Source of the DNA: Chiloscyllium plagiosum
Taxonomy: Eukaryota
DNA: 49,290 nucleotides
Assembly (NCBI RefSeq): GCF_004010195.1
Contig: NC_057754.1
Span: 12,701,501 to 12,750,790 of the forward strand
Direction: 5' to 3'
Positions 47,504 to 49,290 of this stretch are shown here, one piece after another. Each line of letters begins with the position of its first letter. The stretch's first letter is position 1. The position numbers and the translations under genes are program-made. The notes beneath the pieces are model-generated. The model was given only the letters and a program-made list of their open reading frames with translations, ran no database searches and was not told the origin of the DNA.

Positions 47504-48481
47504 CTGAGGATGTCACCTAGACAGGGGACGAAATGCCTGCAACACAAATTCTAAGCTCAGCGAATACAACCTCAACAACGAGCGCCGGAGCTACAAATCT
47601 TCTCCCAAACTTTGAACACCTATGGGCGAGGAACGCTAAGACAAGCCAGGAAATGTGCCAACTGCCTAAGCGCCACATATGAACAACTCCGGTTCCTGCA
47701 CAAATGCCGAAAGATTCAAATCCTTCCACCATGTGTCAGATACAGATCACCAGTCCACAATCCACAAGCCAGGGACGCAGCCAGACTGAATGGATTCAGG
47801 ATGATCCAGGTAATGATTACAGACACACACAACAGACGACACAAATACAGAGAAGAAATTGTGCGCCAAAAATTGTTAATTTCAAAAGCCACCAATTAGG
47901 AATGGACCCGGACCGTAGAACAGCCCATCACCATAGTGCAGAACAGGACCACACCCCGCAAAAAAATGGCACGAAAAGAAAAAATAGCCAAACTCTCTCA
48001 CAACAGAGAGGACACCACAACAGACTCCTGGGTTAGAAACCTCACCCACAGACATGGAAAAAACAATACTGGCCAACTACAACCACAGGGACGTCAAGAC
48101 AGCAGACTTCCTAGCAGCACTACAATGCACACTCAGAAACGATGGACTGACAGAAGAGACACAACAAACCGTGAGACAAAGTATCATACCCCTGATAACA
48201 AGGAAAAGACAAACACAACCTCAGCACCAAGGAGAGGAAGCACTAAAAGCACTAAGAAATGATAAGAACATAATCATACTACCAGCAGACAAGGGCAGAA
48301 TGACAGTCATCCTGGACAAAGCAGAGTACATCCAAAAAGTGCAACAACTACTTACTGATACCAACACCTACCAAAAGAGGGAGTTTCACGCCACCCCACA
48401 GCTCACCAATAGGATAAACAACACAGAGGAACCTACAAAAAAATGGACAGATAACCAGGTTTGACCGACAGAGAATGAAAC
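47504..48481 (+). mobile_element. Inverted second segment of the same PLE (pLTR/hammerhead plus ORF N-terminus)
   Basis: CTGAGGA..GAAA at 47504-47533 (cleavage triplet mutated); ORFs 47612-47899 and 48054-48464; 48015-48481 is the inverted copy of 47027-47501. Confidence 0.9.
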
Positions 48482-48485
48482 AACT

Positions 48486-49290
48486 TTCAATGCAAGGAGT
48501 ATCAGAAATAAGGTGGGTGAACATAAGGCCTGGATCGGTACCTGGGACTACGATGTTGTGGCCATCACGGAAATGTGGAGAGAAGAGGGACAGGAATGGT
48601 TGGTGGAGGTTCCTGGTTACAGATGTTTCAGTAAGATTAGGGAGGGTGCTAAAAAAAGGAGGGGGGTGGCGTTGCTAATTAGAAATGGTATAACGCTCGC
48701 AGAAAGGCAGTTCGAGGGGGATCTGCCTTTGGAGGTAGTATGGACTGAAGTCAGAAATAGGAAAGGTGCAGTCACCTTGTTGGGTGTTTACTATAGACCC
48801 CCCAGTAGCAGCAGAGATGTGGAGAAACAGATTGGGAAACAGGTTTTGGAAAGGTGCAGAAGTCACAGGGTAGTAGTCATGGGTGATTTCAACTTCCCAA
48901 ATATTGATTGGAAGCTCTTTAGATCAAGCAGATTGGATGGGGCGGTGTTTGTGCAGTGTGTACAGGAAGCTTTTCTAACTCAGTATGTAGATTGCCCGAC
49001 CAGAGGGGAGGCCATATTGGATTTGGTACTCGGTAATGAACCGGGACAAGTGGTGGGCTTATTAGTGGGTGAACATTTTGGTGATGGTGACCACAATGCT
49101 GTGACTTTCACCTTGGTTATGGAGAGAGATAGGTGCGCACAACAAGGTAGATTTTATAATTGGGGGAAGGGAAATTACAATGCTGTAAGGCAGGATTTGA
49201 GGAGCATACGTTGGGAGCATAGGATGTCAGGGAAGGATGTGGTGGAAATGTGGAACTTTTTCAAAGAGCAGATACGACGTGTCCATGAAA
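48486..49290 (+). mobile_element. Young CR1 ORF2 endonuclease domain (open frame to window end)
   Basis: Hand translation from 48486: FNARSIRNKVGE..DVVAITE..GVYYRPP..VMGDFNFP..LDLVLGN..GDHN with no stop; very similar to 13560-13935. Confidence 0.93.

Overview
Vertebrate (cartilaginous fish, almost certainly shark) genomic DNA, mostly retroelement-derived, with three N-gaps (13208-13559, 27925-28475, 45931-46479). Host content: one intact effector-less C2H2 zinc-finger gene (CDS 33901-34959, 12 fingers) with a CpG-rich promoter and non-coding 5' exons at ~29.5 kb and 33.27 kb, a decayed paralogue on the minus strand (3453-4654), and a dispersed tRNA cluster made of one apparently intact intron-containing tRNA-Ile(TAT) and four decayed tRNAs (Arg, Asp, His, Ser). 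Repeats: many CR1/HER1-type LINE copies (SGNH-esterase ORF1, APE-RT ORF2), about a dozen HE1-type V-SINEs, and several families of Penelope-like elements (PLEs) plus short fold-back derivatives carrying minimal type I hammerhead ribozyme cores. The least explained structures are a TSD-flanked inverted-repeat composite holding a CR1 fragment (27760-29084), three CR1 5' ends fused to PLE/hammerhead sequence, a PLE insertion preceded by an exact 58-bp copy of nearby DNA, and an unassigned repeat shared by two tRNA neighbourhoods. All calls are by eye; repeat boundaries are approximate.
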